Positions 1 to 10,450 of a stretch of DNA of 64,000 nucleotides are shown in pieces. Position 1 is the stretch's first letter. Every line of letters starts with the position of its first letter. Position numbers and translations under genes: made by a program. The notes under the pieces are model-generated. The model did not search any database, was not told the origin of the DNA, and saw only the letters and a program-made list of their open reading frames with translations. The DNA comes from a virus. The stretch lies in the IMG/VR virus record IMGVR_UViG_3300030294_000015, positions 30,153 through 94,152 of that record; one strand, 5' to 3'.

Positions 1-87
1 AATGGATTTAAACTAATCGATGAAAAATTTGATGAACATGAATTGAAAATTTCTGATGTTGAAACAATAGGTAAAGATACATATTAG
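1..87 (+). CDS. 3' end of a hypothetical protein (partial)
   Basis: Frame 1 is open to TAG at 85-87 and is followed by a hairpin terminator. Confidence 0.6.
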   Translation, partial: NGFKLIDEKFDEHELKISDVETIGKDTY

Positions 88-120
88 TGGAATGGGGGTA
101 ATTCCCCCATTCTATATTTT
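88..120 (+). terminator. Rho-independent terminator
   Basis: gaatggggg-taatt-cccccattc stem followed by a T-rich tail. Confidence 0.8.
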
Positions 121-167
121 ATACACTAATCCTATTTAGAGGATTTTTTGTAAAAATAAATTATTAT

Positions 168-187
168 AATTGTATATTATAATAATG
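168..187 (+). promoter_or_regulatory. Putative early (virion RNAP) promoter
   Basis: AATTGTATATTAT-N5-TG motif, one of about 12 intergenic copies. Confidence 0.75.
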
Positions 188-226
188 AATAAAATAAAAA
201 TATTATAAAGAAGGATGTGTATTAAA

Positions 227-909
227 ATGAAAATTAATGGAAGAAAAATCAGAAGCAAATCTATGAAAATGAGAAAGAGAATTAAGAAAGTAAAAGTAAA
301 TAAAATTATAGAACCAAATAAAACAGAAAATATAATATCAAAAGTTTCAAGTATTGCAGCGAACTGGTGGGGAGATAAGGTATGTAATCCTAAATTTGAT
401 AATGGAGACAATGGTTCTAATGGTGGAATGGTAATGATGTTAGCAATACTGAATACTAAATCAGTTGATGAAACTTCTAAAAAGAAATTTATAAAAATAT
501 TAGAAAAAGCTATTATTAATGAATTAGAATCTAGAAAAGAACAACATAGAACTCCAAAAATGACATTAAGTGTTGATTATAATCCCGATATGATACTAAG
601 TAATTGTGCAAAAGTATCAGGAATTTCTGATTCTAATTTTCCATGGAAAACAACTATGTGGATGATAATAATTCTGTATCAGTGAGATATGGATGTCAAT
701 CTCAAATGAAATATCTATATAGTAATAAAGAATGTTGGCGAAAAAATATTACTTCAATTGAAGAAGCTATAAAGGAATATGAAAGAGAAGATTCTTTGTC
801 ATATATAGATGATGAAAAAGAAAGGGATAAAAGAAGAAAAGAATTGATAAGTCAATATAAAGAAGAAATAATAGAAGCTGAAAAAGAGTTAGAAAAAGCC
901 GAAGAATAA
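227..909 (+). pseudogene. Phage hypothetical protein split by a frameshift near 660 (ORFs 215..685 and 643..909)
   Basis: ...FPWKTTMW continues naturally as DDNNSVSVRYG in the overlapping frame; second ORF lacks an RBS. Confidence 0.65.
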
Positions 910-940
910 AATAATTATAAAGGAAGGAGAATCATAAAAT

Positions 941-1591
941 ATGTTTGAACAAAATATATTTAGTAGTTGGGAATTTAACAAAGATGAAAATAAAAAGATA
1001 ATATTAGATAATTTAGATGAATTAGTGCAAATGATAAATTTGAAATTACATAAAGAAAAAATAGAATGGTTTGATAAATATGAAATATACAATGCGATAA
1101 AATTTGCATATGATTTTATAGAAGAATATAATATAGATATAAAATCAGTTAAAAAGATAGGACATTTATACGTCCTATCTTGGTCTATGAATAGAAAACA
1201 TCCTGATGTATTATTAAAAGAATATACAATGTATTATATACAAGAATTGATTATGAGTAAAATTTTTATAATCAATGACGAAATATTTTATTATAAAAAC
1301 TCAATTATTGAAAATAATAAAATAATATTAAAAAATAATATATTACAACAAATAAAAAAAGAAAATATACAAATTAATTATATTGCAGCTGAAAATGAAA
1401 TAGAATATATTCTTAGATTTCTTTTTAAAACTAATATAAATACAACTCAAATTATACAAAGATTAAAAAATAAATCTATAATAAATGAATATTTAAAAGA
1501 ACAAAGTGTAAATTATAAATATGATGATAAAAAGTTGGTAGAAATTATATTTAATTGCATAAAAGAATTATTAGAAAAAGCTGAAGAATAG
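941..1591 (+). CDS. Hypothetical protein
   Basis: 216-aa ORF with RBS aaggag. Confidence 0.8.
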   Translation: MFEQNIFSSWEFNKDENKKIILDNLDELVQMINLKLHKEKIEWFDKYEIYNAIKFAYDFIEEYNIDIKSVKKIGHLYVLSWSMNRKHPDVLLKEYTMYYIQELIMSKIFIINDEIFYYKNSIIENNKIILKNNILQQIKKENIQINYIAAENEIEYILRFLFKTNINTTQIIQRLKNKSIINEYLKEQSVNYKYDDKKLVEIIFNCIKELLEKAEE

Positions 1592-1620
1592 ATTACATAA
1601 AGAAGGATGTGTATTAAAAT

Positions 1621-1740
1621 ATGAGTTTACCAAGTTATTGTAAATGTAGGAATTGTCCAGATAAAGGAAATTGTGATGATTGTACTACTTGTGATATTTG
1701 TATGATCCAGACAGGTTGTAGTGAATCAGATAATAAATAA
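1621..1740 (+). CDS. Small Cys-rich peptide (39 aa, 8 Cys)
   Basis: MSLPSYCKCRNCPDKGNCDDCTTCDICMIQTGCSESDNK; preceded by the same RBS block as the gene at 227. Confidence 0.65.
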   Translation: MSLPSYCKCRNCPDKGNCDDCTTCDICMIQTGCSESDNK

Positions 1741-1758
1741 AATGAGGAGGAATAAATA

Positions 1759-2121
1759 ATGAATTATATTGGTAGAGATGAAGTTATTGATTATAGAAAT
1801 AATGAGAATATAATTAATGAAATTAAAGAAAAATTAAAAGAAAATAATTTAGATATTCCTGATATTAGTATTCCTAATTTAATAGAAGACTATGATTATT
1901 TATATACAGCAGATCATTTATATCCATATAGTATAGAAGAATTAGCAGAAGAATTTAATAAATCTATTATAAAGAATTGTGGTGTCAATATATCTAATAA
2001 TTGTAAAACTATTAGTGATATAATACATGTCTCTTTTCAAACTGAATTAAAAAGACAATTAGATGAAAATAAAAGAATACTAAAAGAAACTTTATATATA
2101 AATGTAAAAGGAGAATTATAA
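1759..2121 (+). CDS. Hypothetical protein
   Basis: 120-aa ORF, RBS gaggagg. Confidence 0.8.
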   Translation: MNYIGRDEVIDYRNNENIINEIKEKLKENNLDIPDISIPNLIEDYDYLYTADHLYPYSIEELAEEFNKSIIKNCGVNISNNCKTISDIIHVSFQTELKRQLDENKRILKETLYINVKGEL

Positions 2122-2122
2122 T

Positions 2123-3721
2123 ATGGATAACAAAGAAAAATATATAGAAAATGATATATTAGACATATTAAAACAAAAAGAAATAAAAATAGGTTCATAT
2201 GTTGATTTTGTTACTAAAAATAATGAATTTCATTTTAAATGTAGAATTGATAATATTACTAAAAAAGATGTATATTTCTTTGTATTAGATGGTAAAGAAA
2301 TTTTAGGTAAACCAATATCTTTTCCAATTAATGATATATTAACAATATCAGAAATAGACCAAAAGAGAAGACTACTATCTAAACAATATAAAGAATTTAG
2401 TATTGATAATGATGAAAATATAGATGAGACAGATGAAACTTATGATGTATTATCACCAATTGAAACATTAGAATTACCAAGTTGGTTCTATAATGAATAT
2501 TCAAAAAATAGAAATAATTTTATATCTACATTACTAAATCATAATAATCAATTAGAAAAGGAGAATGATAATATACCACTAAAATCATTTAAATTAAAGT
2601 CAAATAATCCTATACTAAAAGAATTATATACAATGAAAAAGAAACCATTAAATTCTGTACGTAATATACTTATTAAAGATTTTCATAATAATCAATTAGA
2701 AAAGGAGAATGATAATATGAATAATAAAATTATAGAATTATTAAAAGAAACTAGGAAAGAAATAAAGAAAGAAATGTTTAATTACTCTAAAGAATCTGAT
2801 GGATTTAGATATTATAATAATTTAGCAGATTCATTTAAAATTTTTATAAATAGTTATTATATAGCAGAACCAATGTTATCTGGTAAACTTAATGATTTTT
2901 ATAATAAGGTAAATTTGGCTGGAATAGATTTAGATGGAGATATTGTAAATATATCTTTAAAAGATGGTAGTTATTTTAATAGAGTAGTATGTAAAGATCA
3001 AGATGAAAAATACTTACATATATTATCATCTTATTCAGAAAATCCTTTAAAGATTTTAAAAGAAGACATTACAGTTATTTCCAGTTCACACGCTTTAATA
3101 AATCCACCAGAATACAAAAAACCATATGATAACTCTAAAATAGATAAATTTAGAAATTTCAAATCTGGTGATATAGTAGATATTATTACCAAAGAAAGAG
3201 CAATTAGTGCTGTTCAAATACTTGTAATAAATGATGATATTATTAATATTCAATATTTATCAGCTAGAGGGACTCAATATTTAAATATAAAAAAATCTGA
3301 TGTATTAAATATTGAATTTACTTATAATATAATAAAAAGAAATAATATTAAAGAAGGAGATATAGTCGATATTGAAACAGATCATAATATATTCACTGAA
3401 TATATTATACATGAAATTAAAGATAATGTATTATTAATTTACGATTCAAAGTATTTTGCGATAGAATATACTAGTGTAAATATGAATGAAATAAAAACTA
3501 TTACTAAAATAGATAAAGAAACAATAATAAAAAGACGAATTAAAGATATAAAAATTGGAGATGATGTGCATATTGAATTAAATGATAAGGTTGAATATGT
3601 AGGCACCATATCTAATATAACAGAAGAACAAATTCAAATGTATGATACAGAGTATACTCGATGTGATGATACAATATATACTGTTTTAATCAATGATATA
3701 GAATATATTGCTAAATTGTAA
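2123..3721 (+). CDS. Protein with about 5 tandem small beta-barrel (SH3/KOW/Sm-like) repeats
   Basis: Repeated IKxGDIVxI motifs (IKIGSYVDF, LDGDIVNI, FKSGDIVDI, IKEGDIVDI, IKIGDDVHI). Confidence 0.6.
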   Translation: MDNKEKYIENDILDILKQKEIKIGSYVDFVTKNNEFHFKCRIDNITKKDVYFFVLDGKEILGKPISFPINDILTISEIDQKRRLLSKQYKEFSIDNDENIDETDETYDVLSPIETLELPSWFYNEYSKNRNNFISTLLNHNNQLEKENDNIPLKSFKLKSNNPILKELYTMKKKPLNSVRNILIKDFHNNQLEKENDNMNNKIIELLKETRKEIKKEMFNYSKESDGFRYYNNLADSFKIFINSYYIAEPMLSGKLNDFYNKVNLAGIDLDGDIVNISLKDGSYFNRVVCKDQDEKYLHILSSYSENPLKILKEDITVISSSHALINPPEYKKPYDNSKIDKFRNFKSGDIVDIITKERAISAVQILVINDDIINIQYLSARGTQYLNIKKSDVLNIEFTYNIIKRNNIKEGDIVDIETDHNIFTEYIIHEIKDNVLLIYDSKYFAIEYTSVNMNEIKTITKIDKETIIKRRIKDIKIGDDVHIELNDKVEYVGTISNITEEQIQMYDTEYTRCDDTIYTVLINDIEYIAKL

Positions 3722-3802
3722 TACTATTTATATATTTTAAAAGGCTGTTAATCAGCCTTTTTATTTTTTATCAATTTACATTGTCTAAAACTTATAATTG
3801 AG

Positions 3803-5419
3803 GTGATATTATTGATAAAAATTATAGTAGACCATACAAAGATTATTATAAATGATTATGATTTAGGAGATTGTGAACCTTTAGAATATTTTTTTAGTAT
3901 ATATAATCCCATTACACATATAAGGTTTCCATTTGGTCTTCATTATATAGAAGAAAGGAGACAACTAATTATTCCTAGAGGTGTAGATATTTCTTATATA
4001 AGAAATTTATTTAAATCAGTTCCACAATTAAATAGAAAACATGACCCTATGGACAAAATAGAACCAATCGGACTAACCAATCCACCTAGAGATAATACGC
4101 AAAGAACAGCATTACGATTTATGTTAGGAAAAGATGAATTTTATTATACTTCTTCTAAATCTATGCTCAGTCTTAATTTATTACCAGGAAAAGGTAAGAC
4201 TTATTGTGCTATTGCAACCACAGCTTTTATTAGATATAGAAGTATCATGCTTACTTCTTCTTTAAAATGGATTAATCAATGGAAAGATGCTATATTAGAA
4301 CATAGTGATATAAAACCTAAAGAGATATTTATCATCTCTGGAACTCCATCTATTCATATGCTATTAAATAGAGGTGTTAATAATTACAAATTTATATTAG
4401 CTTCTATTGATACTATCATATCTTATGGTGAAAAATATGGATTTGATAAAGTATCAGAATTATTTATTAAATTAAGAGTAGGAATAAAATATGTAGATGA
4501 AGCTCATTTAGATTTTAAAGCTATAATGATGATAGATTTTTATACAAATACATATAAATCTTATTATATGACTGGTACTCCTATTAGATCAAATGAAGAT
4601 GAAGATAAGATATATAAAATGTATTTTAAGAATGTACCTTCTATAAATCTATTTGATGAAAATAAAGATCCACATACAGATTATTTAGCATTAAGATATA
4701 ATTCACATCCTAATCCACAAGATATATCTTATTGTAGAAATAAATATGGATTAGATAGAAATAAATATACTGGGAGTTATATTATAAGACGTCCTAATTT
4801 TTATAATATACTTAGAGTTATATTACATAAAACTCTTGCTAAAAAAGGAAAGATATTAATATATATTGGAGTTAATAAATCTATAGATAAAGTAAAAGAA
4901 TGGATTGAATTATACTATCCATTTTTAAAAGGTCATATAGGAGTTTATAATAGTGTAAATAAGGAAGATAAAAGTGAACAATTAAAAAAGAAATACATTT
5001 TATCTACTACTAAGTCATGTGGTGCTGCTATGGATATAAAAGGGTTAGCATGTTCAGTTATACTCGCTGAACCATTCAAATCGGAACCTCTAGCAATACA
5101 AACTTTAGGTAGAACAAGAGATGACAATACTATGTGTATAGAGGCTGTGGACGAAGGATTTAAAGCTATTATGAAATTCTATTACTATAAACAACCAATA
5201 ATGAAGAGGTATGCTAAATCAATAGATGAAGAAAGATATAATGATTATAGTCTAGAAAAACAAGTAGAAGAAATATTTGATATGTATTATGGTGATGGTG
5301 ATTTTCCAGAAATATATCTAGAGAATAATTTAAGATTATTTATGATGAGACAAGAATGTAGACCTTTAAACGAATATGATTCTAAAGGAAGAAAAATAAT
5401 TATGAGAAGGGATGGATAA
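3803..5419 (+). CDS. Superfamily 2 DNA helicase (UvsW/DExH-like)
   Basis: Walker A PGKGKT, motif II VDEAH, motif III TGTP, motif VI QTLGRTR. Confidence 0.9.
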   Translation: MILLIKIIVDHTKIIINDYDLGDCEPLEYFFSIYNPITHIRFPFGLHYIEERRQLIIPRGVDISYIRNLFKSVPQLNRKHDPMDKIEPIGLTNPPRDNTQRTALRFMLGKDEFYYTSSKSMLSLNLLPGKGKTYCAIATTAFIRYRSIMLTSSLKWINQWKDAILEHSDIKPKEIFIISGTPSIHMLLNRGVNNYKFILASIDTIISYGEKYGFDKVSELFIKLRVGIKYVDEAHLDFKAIMMIDFYTNTYKSYYMTGTPIRSNEDEDKIYKMYFKNVPSINLFDENKDPHTDYLALRYNSHPNPQDISYCRNKYGLDRNKYTGSYIIRRPNFYNILRVILHKTLAKKGKILIYIGVNKSIDKVKEWIELYYPFLKGHIGVYNSVNKEDKSEQLKKKYILSTTKSCGAAMDIKGLACSVILAEPFKSEPLAIQTLGRTRDDNTMCIEAVDEGFKAIMKFYYYKQPIMKRYAKSIDEERYNDYSLEKQVEEIFDMYYGDGDFPEIYLENNLRLFMMRQECRPLNEYDSKGRKIIMRRDG

Positions 5420-5422
5420 AAT

Positions 5423-5755
5423 ATGGTAGATAAAAAAGAAATAACAGATATTATGAATAATCCAGTGGCACGATATATAGTAGAAAATAGTGATAAAATA
5501 AAAAAGACACATAGTATTATAGATAATAAATTAAAAGAAGTTATTTCTAATAATATTATCAAAATAGGAAAATTAAAAAATTCACAAAAGTATCATGGAG
5601 ATTGGGAACCAATAACATTAAAAGGTATATCAGAGAATAGAGAAGTTGATATTATTAAAGAAGAAAATGATCCTATATATGGAAAAAGATATAAAATATT
5701 AGGATTTGATGAATGGATCGAAAATAATTGTTTTGAATATATAAAAGAAAAATAA
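5423..5755 (+). CDS. Hypothetical protein
   Basis: 110-aa ORF coupled to the helicase gene. Confidence 0.75.
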   Translation: MVDKKEITDIMNNPVARYIVENSDKIKKTHSIIDNKLKEVISNNIIKIGKLKNSQKYHGDWEPITLKGISENREVDIIKEENDPIYGKRYKILGFDEWIENNCFEYIKEK

Positions 5756-5775
5756 TTATGAGGAGGGATAAATAA

Positions 5776-5892
5776 ATGCTAGGTCATATATTAGATTATT
5801 CAATTGGAATTTTATGTATTATATTTGCAATTGCAATAATTATAACACCATTGTCAAAAGAAAAAGAAGAAGAGATTGAAAATGACGAATAA
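5776..5892 (+). CDS. Small single-pass membrane peptide (38 aa)
   Basis: RBS aggagg; MLGHILDYSIGILCIIFAIAIIITPLSKEKEEEIENDE. Confidence 0.65.
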   Translation: MLGHILDYSIGILCIIFAIAIIITPLSKEKEEEIENDE

Positions 5893-5943
5893 ATAGAAGG
5901 AGAATATTCTCCTTCTATATTTTACGTAAAAGTCTATAATTAT

Positions 5944-5963
5944 AATTGTATATTATAGAAGTG
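5944..5963 (+). promoter_or_regulatory. Putative early promoter
   Basis: AATTGTATATTAT-agaag-TG immediately after a terminator hairpin (5894-5919). Confidence 0.75.
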
Positions 5964-6004
5964 AATAATATAATAAAATATTTAATTTAAAGGAGTGTAT
6001 TAAA

Positions 6005-7405
6005 ATGGATATATTAATGAATGAAAAGGAATTAGTAAATATCAAAGAACAATTCTCATTTGACAAAATGGAAAGAGGTGTAAAGGGTTTATATGGTGCT
6101 GAGTACTATAATAAAGAAATGAAAGAATTTGAAAGTTTATTAAATTTTAAATTACTTGAATTAAATGAATTCAAAAAGATATCTATCAATGTAGAAGCAA
6201 TCAAAGAAGGATTCAAAATTATTATGAAATCTAAATATCATAATAGAATGAATATCGGATATCAAATTATACTTGCAAATAATATGGAAAGATTATTTGT
6301 AGATTACTTAAAATGGTTAGAGGGTTTAAAGAAATCAGATAAATTCTATGATACTTATATTTCAGACTTAAATAAATTTATGAATTCTAGACCAGAGGAT
6401 AAAAAGAAAGTTGAAGAATATTTAGATTTGTCTAAATCTGAAAAGAAAGAAGAATCTAAAGTAATTCAATTACCTGCGTCTAAAGAGAAAGAAGTAGAAA
6501 TTGTAAAAGGTAAAAAAGAAGCCAAAATGGAAAACAATGTTATAGATATTTCTCAATCAGAAGTAAAACCAGTAGAGCAAGAAGTTAGTAAAGACAATAA
6601 AGAAAACAATTTAAATAAAGAACAAGTTGTAAATGTCTTTAAGGATATCAAATCAGATTTTGAAGATGTAATGAGTTCTGTACAAGAAAAATTCAATAAG
6701 CTAAAACTAAAACAATGGCAATTAGTTGCCATTACTGGAAATGTATATAAAGCTATCGCAAATACAAATTCGTCAATATATAAATATGTATCACAATTAT
6801 TAGATTTAACATTTGTAGGTATAGAAGATAAAAAGGATTTAATTTATGATTCTTTATTAGCATTAGTAAATGAAGATTTATTACTTGCAGATTTTATTAC
6901 AGGCATTGAAACTCAATTATCTAAGAAAGAATACTTAGTAATATCTGGAAATATTATAAGGAATTTTGGAAAGTTGAAAACTGTAATATCAAATATGATT
7001 CCAGATATATTAGTAGATGCATTAGATGGTGTTGTTGAAAATGATCAAAAAATTAATATTATGGAAATGATACAAGAATTATCAGGTTTAAATTTACTTG
7101 ATATAAATAAATTCTGTGATATTGTAAAAACAGAAATACAAAAATCATCTGATACTCCAGAAGAAGATTTAAAAGAACTTCAAATAATAGTTGAAGGTGA
7201 TAAAAAAGAAGCTGCTATGTCTATGAATCCAGTACAACAACCACAAGAATTAAATGTTAATAGAAATATGGTTTCACAACAAATGACTTTTCCAGTAATT
7301 GGGGAACCTAGTGATTTACATGATTATGAAGGTAATGAAGGTGGGTTTGTTGTTGGAGGACGATTACCAAAAGTAATAGAACTATCAGAAGAAAAAGACA
7401 AATAG
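6005..7405 (+). CDS. Hypothetical early protein
   Basis: 466-aa ORF with its own promoter, RBS and terminator. Confidence 0.85.
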   Translation: MDILMNEKELVNIKEQFSFDKMERGVKGLYGAEYYNKEMKEFESLLNFKLLELNEFKKISINVEAIKEGFKIIMKSKYHNRMNIGYQIILANNMERLFVDYLKWLEGLKKSDKFYDTYISDLNKFMNSRPEDKKKVEEYLDLSKSEKKEESKVIQLPASKEKEVEIVKGKKEAKMENNVIDISQSEVKPVEQEVSKDNKENNLNKEQVVNVFKDIKSDFEDVMSSVQEKFNKLKLKQWQLVAITGNVYKAIANTNSSIYKYVSQLLDLTFVGIEDKKDLIYDSLLALVNEDLLLADFITGIETQLSKKEYLVISGNIIRNFGKLKTVISNMIPDILVDALDGVVENDQKINIMEMIQELSGLNLLDINKFCDIVKTEIQKSSDTPEEDLKELQIIVEGDKKEAAMSMNPVQQPQELNVNRNMVSQQMTFPVIGEPSDLHDYEGNEGGFVVGGRLPKVIELSEEKDK

Positions 7406-7498
7406 TAATTATAAAATAAGGGAGGAGCTTAAAGTTCTCCTTTATTTTTTATTTTTTACTCTCTAATCAACCTAAATGTAAGAGAGGGGATAGTTTAG

Positions 7499-8239
7499 AT
7501 GGAGTATATGGATTATGAAAAATTATCTGACGTAATTATGAATATTAGTTATAATACAGTTTTAAAAATGAATGTAGTATTGGGGAGAAAAGATAAGAAT
7601 AGTAGAAGAATTCATTTTTATAAAGAATTTTCATATAATAGTAGTAAGTATGTAAATGCTAATGAATTATATAATATAAATAGAAATTTTGATTATTATC
7701 TTTCAATAGAGAAATTTGAAAATGGTAAAGATTTCTTAATGATAAGAAATGAAAATATAATGGAATTACGATTATTTTTAAATAAAGTTGTAATAAATTG
7801 GTTAATAGATGATAATATATTTGATTATAGAAATGATAAGTTAGTTCTATTACAAGGAGGATATAAACCTGTAGAATATACATTATATGCTGATAAAAAG
7901 ATAATATTTTTACCTACAGTAATACATAATATAGATGGTACATATGGTAAAGGAATAAGAATATTATTAAATTCTGATTATAGTTTTGTAGATATGAATG
8001 CTTCTAAATTTTATGGTTTCTTATATAATATGAATTCAATTAATTTATTTCAATGTGCTCAAAATATGTTAAACTTTTTACAAAGACCAGAATTTGGAAC
8101 TAATCATACTGCATTTAATTATAAAAGTGAGTTTGATTCTGTCGTTGATGATATATCTGGTGGAGGGGATTCTATTAAAGGTGGAAGTTCAGTTGTAATG
8201 AAAAGAAAAAATGTATTTGATGAAATAGATAATATTTAA
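7499..8239 (+). CDS. Hypothetical protein
   Basis: 246-aa ORF; late promoter motif AACC-taaatg-TA at 7469-7480. Confidence 0.85.
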   Translation: MEYMDYEKLSDVIMNISYNTVLKMNVVLGRKDKNSRRIHFYKEFSYNSSKYVNANELYNINRNFDYYLSIEKFENGKDFLMIRNENIMELRLFLNKVVINWLIDDNIFDYRNDKLVLLQGGYKPVEYTLYADKKIIFLPTVIHNIDGTYGKGIRILLNSDYSFVDMNASKFYGFLYNMNSINLFQCAQNMLNFLQRPEFGTNHTAFNYKSEFDSVVDDISGGGDSIKGGSSVVMKRKNVFDEIDNI

Positions 8240-8295
8240 TTTATAAATGAACTTATATGTAAATAATTACCAATAATGAAGGGAGAGTAAATATT

Positions 8296-8631
8296 ATGAA
8301 AAAAGAAACAATAACTACACCAAAGTTCACAAAGAAAAATTGTGAACTCTTTCTATCTGGGTTAAAAATGGAAAAATTTGCTATTAGTTTAATAGTAGAA
8401 GCAATGGAGATATGTATTAAACATAAAACAAATCATGTAGATTTGGTTATGAAAAAAGTATATTCTGAATTAACTGAAAAACATCATACATTAAAAAGAG
8501 AATTAGAATGGGATTTGTATAAAACAATTAAATCTATTGATAAAGATTTAGTGAAAGAAAAATTAGGATATAATGATCATATTACAAATAAAAAATTCTT
8601 TATATTACTTTTAGAAAGATACGGATATTAA
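8296..8631 (+). CDS. Stand-alone Spo0A C-terminal (DNA-binding) domain-like protein
   Basis: LIVEAMEI...MKKVYSELTEKHHTLKRELEWDL...KLGY...TNKKFFILL aligns by eye with Spo0A YLREAI...[23 protein letters not shown]...FGY...TNSEFIA. Confidence 0.6.
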   Translation: MKKETITTPKFTKKNCELFLSGLKMEKFAISLIVEAMEICIKHKTNHVDLVMKKVYSELTEKHHTLKRELEWDLYKTIKSIDKDLVKEKLGYNDHITNKKFFILLLERYGY

Positions 8632-8673
8632 AAATAGATACAAGGTGTATATACACCTTGTATATTTTATGTT

Positions 8674-9468
8674 CTAATTCAATGTATACATGATGGGCTG
8701 ATTATAATTATCAGCCCCAACAAATGAATCATTGAATAATTGTATTATTTCCTCTCTTTTTTGGGCTTTAGTTTGAAGATCATCTAATCTTAAATTTGTA
8801 TTAGTAAATATAGTTTCTAATTGATCATAATACTTCAAATTTTCATATAAGAAAGTTGCTATATCTGCTTGAGCGAATTGTTCAAAATTTTCCATTTTAG
8901 TTGGTTCTATAGTTCCTAAATTATCGCTATGTTTAATTAACAAATTTACTTTAAAGTATTTTATATTAGTTTTACTCAAAAATTCTCCAGTAACACTTGT
9001 TAATTTTAATTTATTAGGAGTTTTAAAATCTATATAAATTCCATTACTAAATAATGATTGTCTATCTGCTGCTCCTTGAATTGCTGCAACTTGATCGAAA
9101 GAATAATTCATATTCATATTAAAAAATCCAAATGGAGATGTAGCAACATCATACCATCCTGGATTATCCATTCCAAATGCAGTTGGATCATCCCATGGGA
9201 TATCTTGTACACCTAATACTTCTATATTACCAGGAATAGTTTTCTCATCTATAATATAATATCCTTGACTATCAGTACTCATCTTAGAAGTATCAAATGT
9301 ATAAGGTATTATATTTGGAAAGTAAATAGAGAAAGTTTTCAATGTATAAGTAGATATCCATTCACCCCATTTATCTTTACAAATATCAGTTGGTAAATTT
9401 AAAGGTTTAGTACCTAATCTTAATTCTATAAGATTAACAAGTTTACTCATACTATTAGATAATGCCAT
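8674..9468 (-). CDS. Probable virion structural (neck/head completion-like) protein
   Basis: 264-aa ORF co-transcribed with the prohead protease; function inferred from context. Confidence 0.45.
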   Translation of the reverse strand: MALSNSMSKLVNLIELRLGTKPLNLPTDICKDKWGEWISTYTLKTFSIYFPNIIPYTFDTSKMSTDSQGYYIIDEKTIPGNIEVLGVQDIPWDDPTAFGMDNPGWYDVATSPFGFFNMNMNYSFDQVAAIQGAADRQSLFSNGIYIDFKTPNKLKLTSVTGEFLSKTNIKYFKVNLLIKHSDNLGTIEPTKMENFEQFAQADIATFLYENLKYYDQLETIFTNTNLRLDDLQTKAQKREEIIQLFNDSFVGADNYNQPIMYTLN

Positions 9469-9489
9469 ATTAATACACTCCTTTATTTT

Positions 9490-10350
9490 TTATGAATTTA
9501 GATATTGTTTTTCACAATAATCCATTATATCATTTTGAATATGATCTTCTAAATTTACAATAAATGTATCTCCATCTTTACTACAAATTTGTACTTGTCT
9601 ACCATTTTCTTTCAATTGAATAGTATTATGCATTAAATCAAATGATTCTTTAAAGAAATATAGATTAGAAGATTCTTGTTTAATATAATCTATTAGATCG
9701 TTATTTGTAATTGGTATTAATAATCCAGCATCATTTTCTTGTACTATAAATTGATTACCTACATTTTCTTTACCATGTGCTATAGTAGCATTTTCTGTTA
9801 CTCCTATGACCTTTTGTACATATGCTCTTTTATGTGAAGGGTAAATAACTCTATCCCAAGTTATAATAGTAATATTCTCAACTTCTGCTCCTTTTGAAGT
9901 TTGGTTAACTGTACCTAATGCTCTCAATGAGAATGAAGGCTTATCACCATCTCTCAAATCTAAATCAAATGCTTCTCCATAAGCAGTATTAGATCCTCTT
10001 ACTTGTGCTTTTATATCATTTCCTTCTGTATAGAACTTTACGATTTTTTGACAACGTAATGATGGTTCTATAATTTGTTGTCTTGTAATTTCTTTTGATA
10101 GAGGATGTCCTTCTTCACCAAATAAATTACCTGTACTACATAACTCAATTAATCTATCTGCCTTTAAAGCAGGATTCATTTCTTTAGAAGCATAAAATCT
10201 TTTATTTCTATTTAAAACATTCATATCTTGTAAAATAACTTCTGCTGTAACTCTTCTTCCGTTATCAGATATAATTTTTGTATCAGCTTCATGTTGTACT
10301 GTAGCTGTTTCTATTATAACATATCCGATTCTTTTATCATAATTTGTCAT
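9490..10350 (-). CDS. Prohead core protease (T4 gp21-like)
   Basis: NRNKRFY, FGEEGHP, SFSLRALG and WDRVIYPS match gp21-type motifs NRNGRxY, GELxHP, SSRGxG, DxVxxPS. Confidence 0.9.
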   Translation of the reverse strand: MTNYDKRIGYVIIETATVQHEADTKIISDNGRRVTAEVILQDMNVLNRNKRFYASKEMNPALKADRLIELCSTGNLFGEEGHPLSKEITRQQIIEPSLRCQKIVKFYTEGNDIKAQVRGSNTAYGEAFDLDLRDGDKPSFSLRALGTVNQTSKGAEVENITIITWDRVIYPSHKRAYVQKVIGVTENATIAHGKENVGNQFIVQENDAGLLIPITNNDLIDYIKQESSNLYFFKESFDLMHNTIQLKENGRQVQICSKDGDTFIVNLEDHIQNDIMDYCEKQYLNS

Positions 10351-10376
10351 ATATTGTTCCTCCTTAATATATTAAT

Positions 10377-10432
10377 TAATTTAAAGTTCATTCTATAAAT
10401 CCATTAGGAATGATAGGGTTAACTTTAAATTA
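10377..10432. promoter_or_regulatory. Divergent pair of late promoters
   Basis: AACTTTAAATTA on the - strand (10377-10388) and on the + strand (10421-10432). Confidence 0.7.
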
Positions 10433-10450
10433 ATTGAAAATTGAAAGGAG

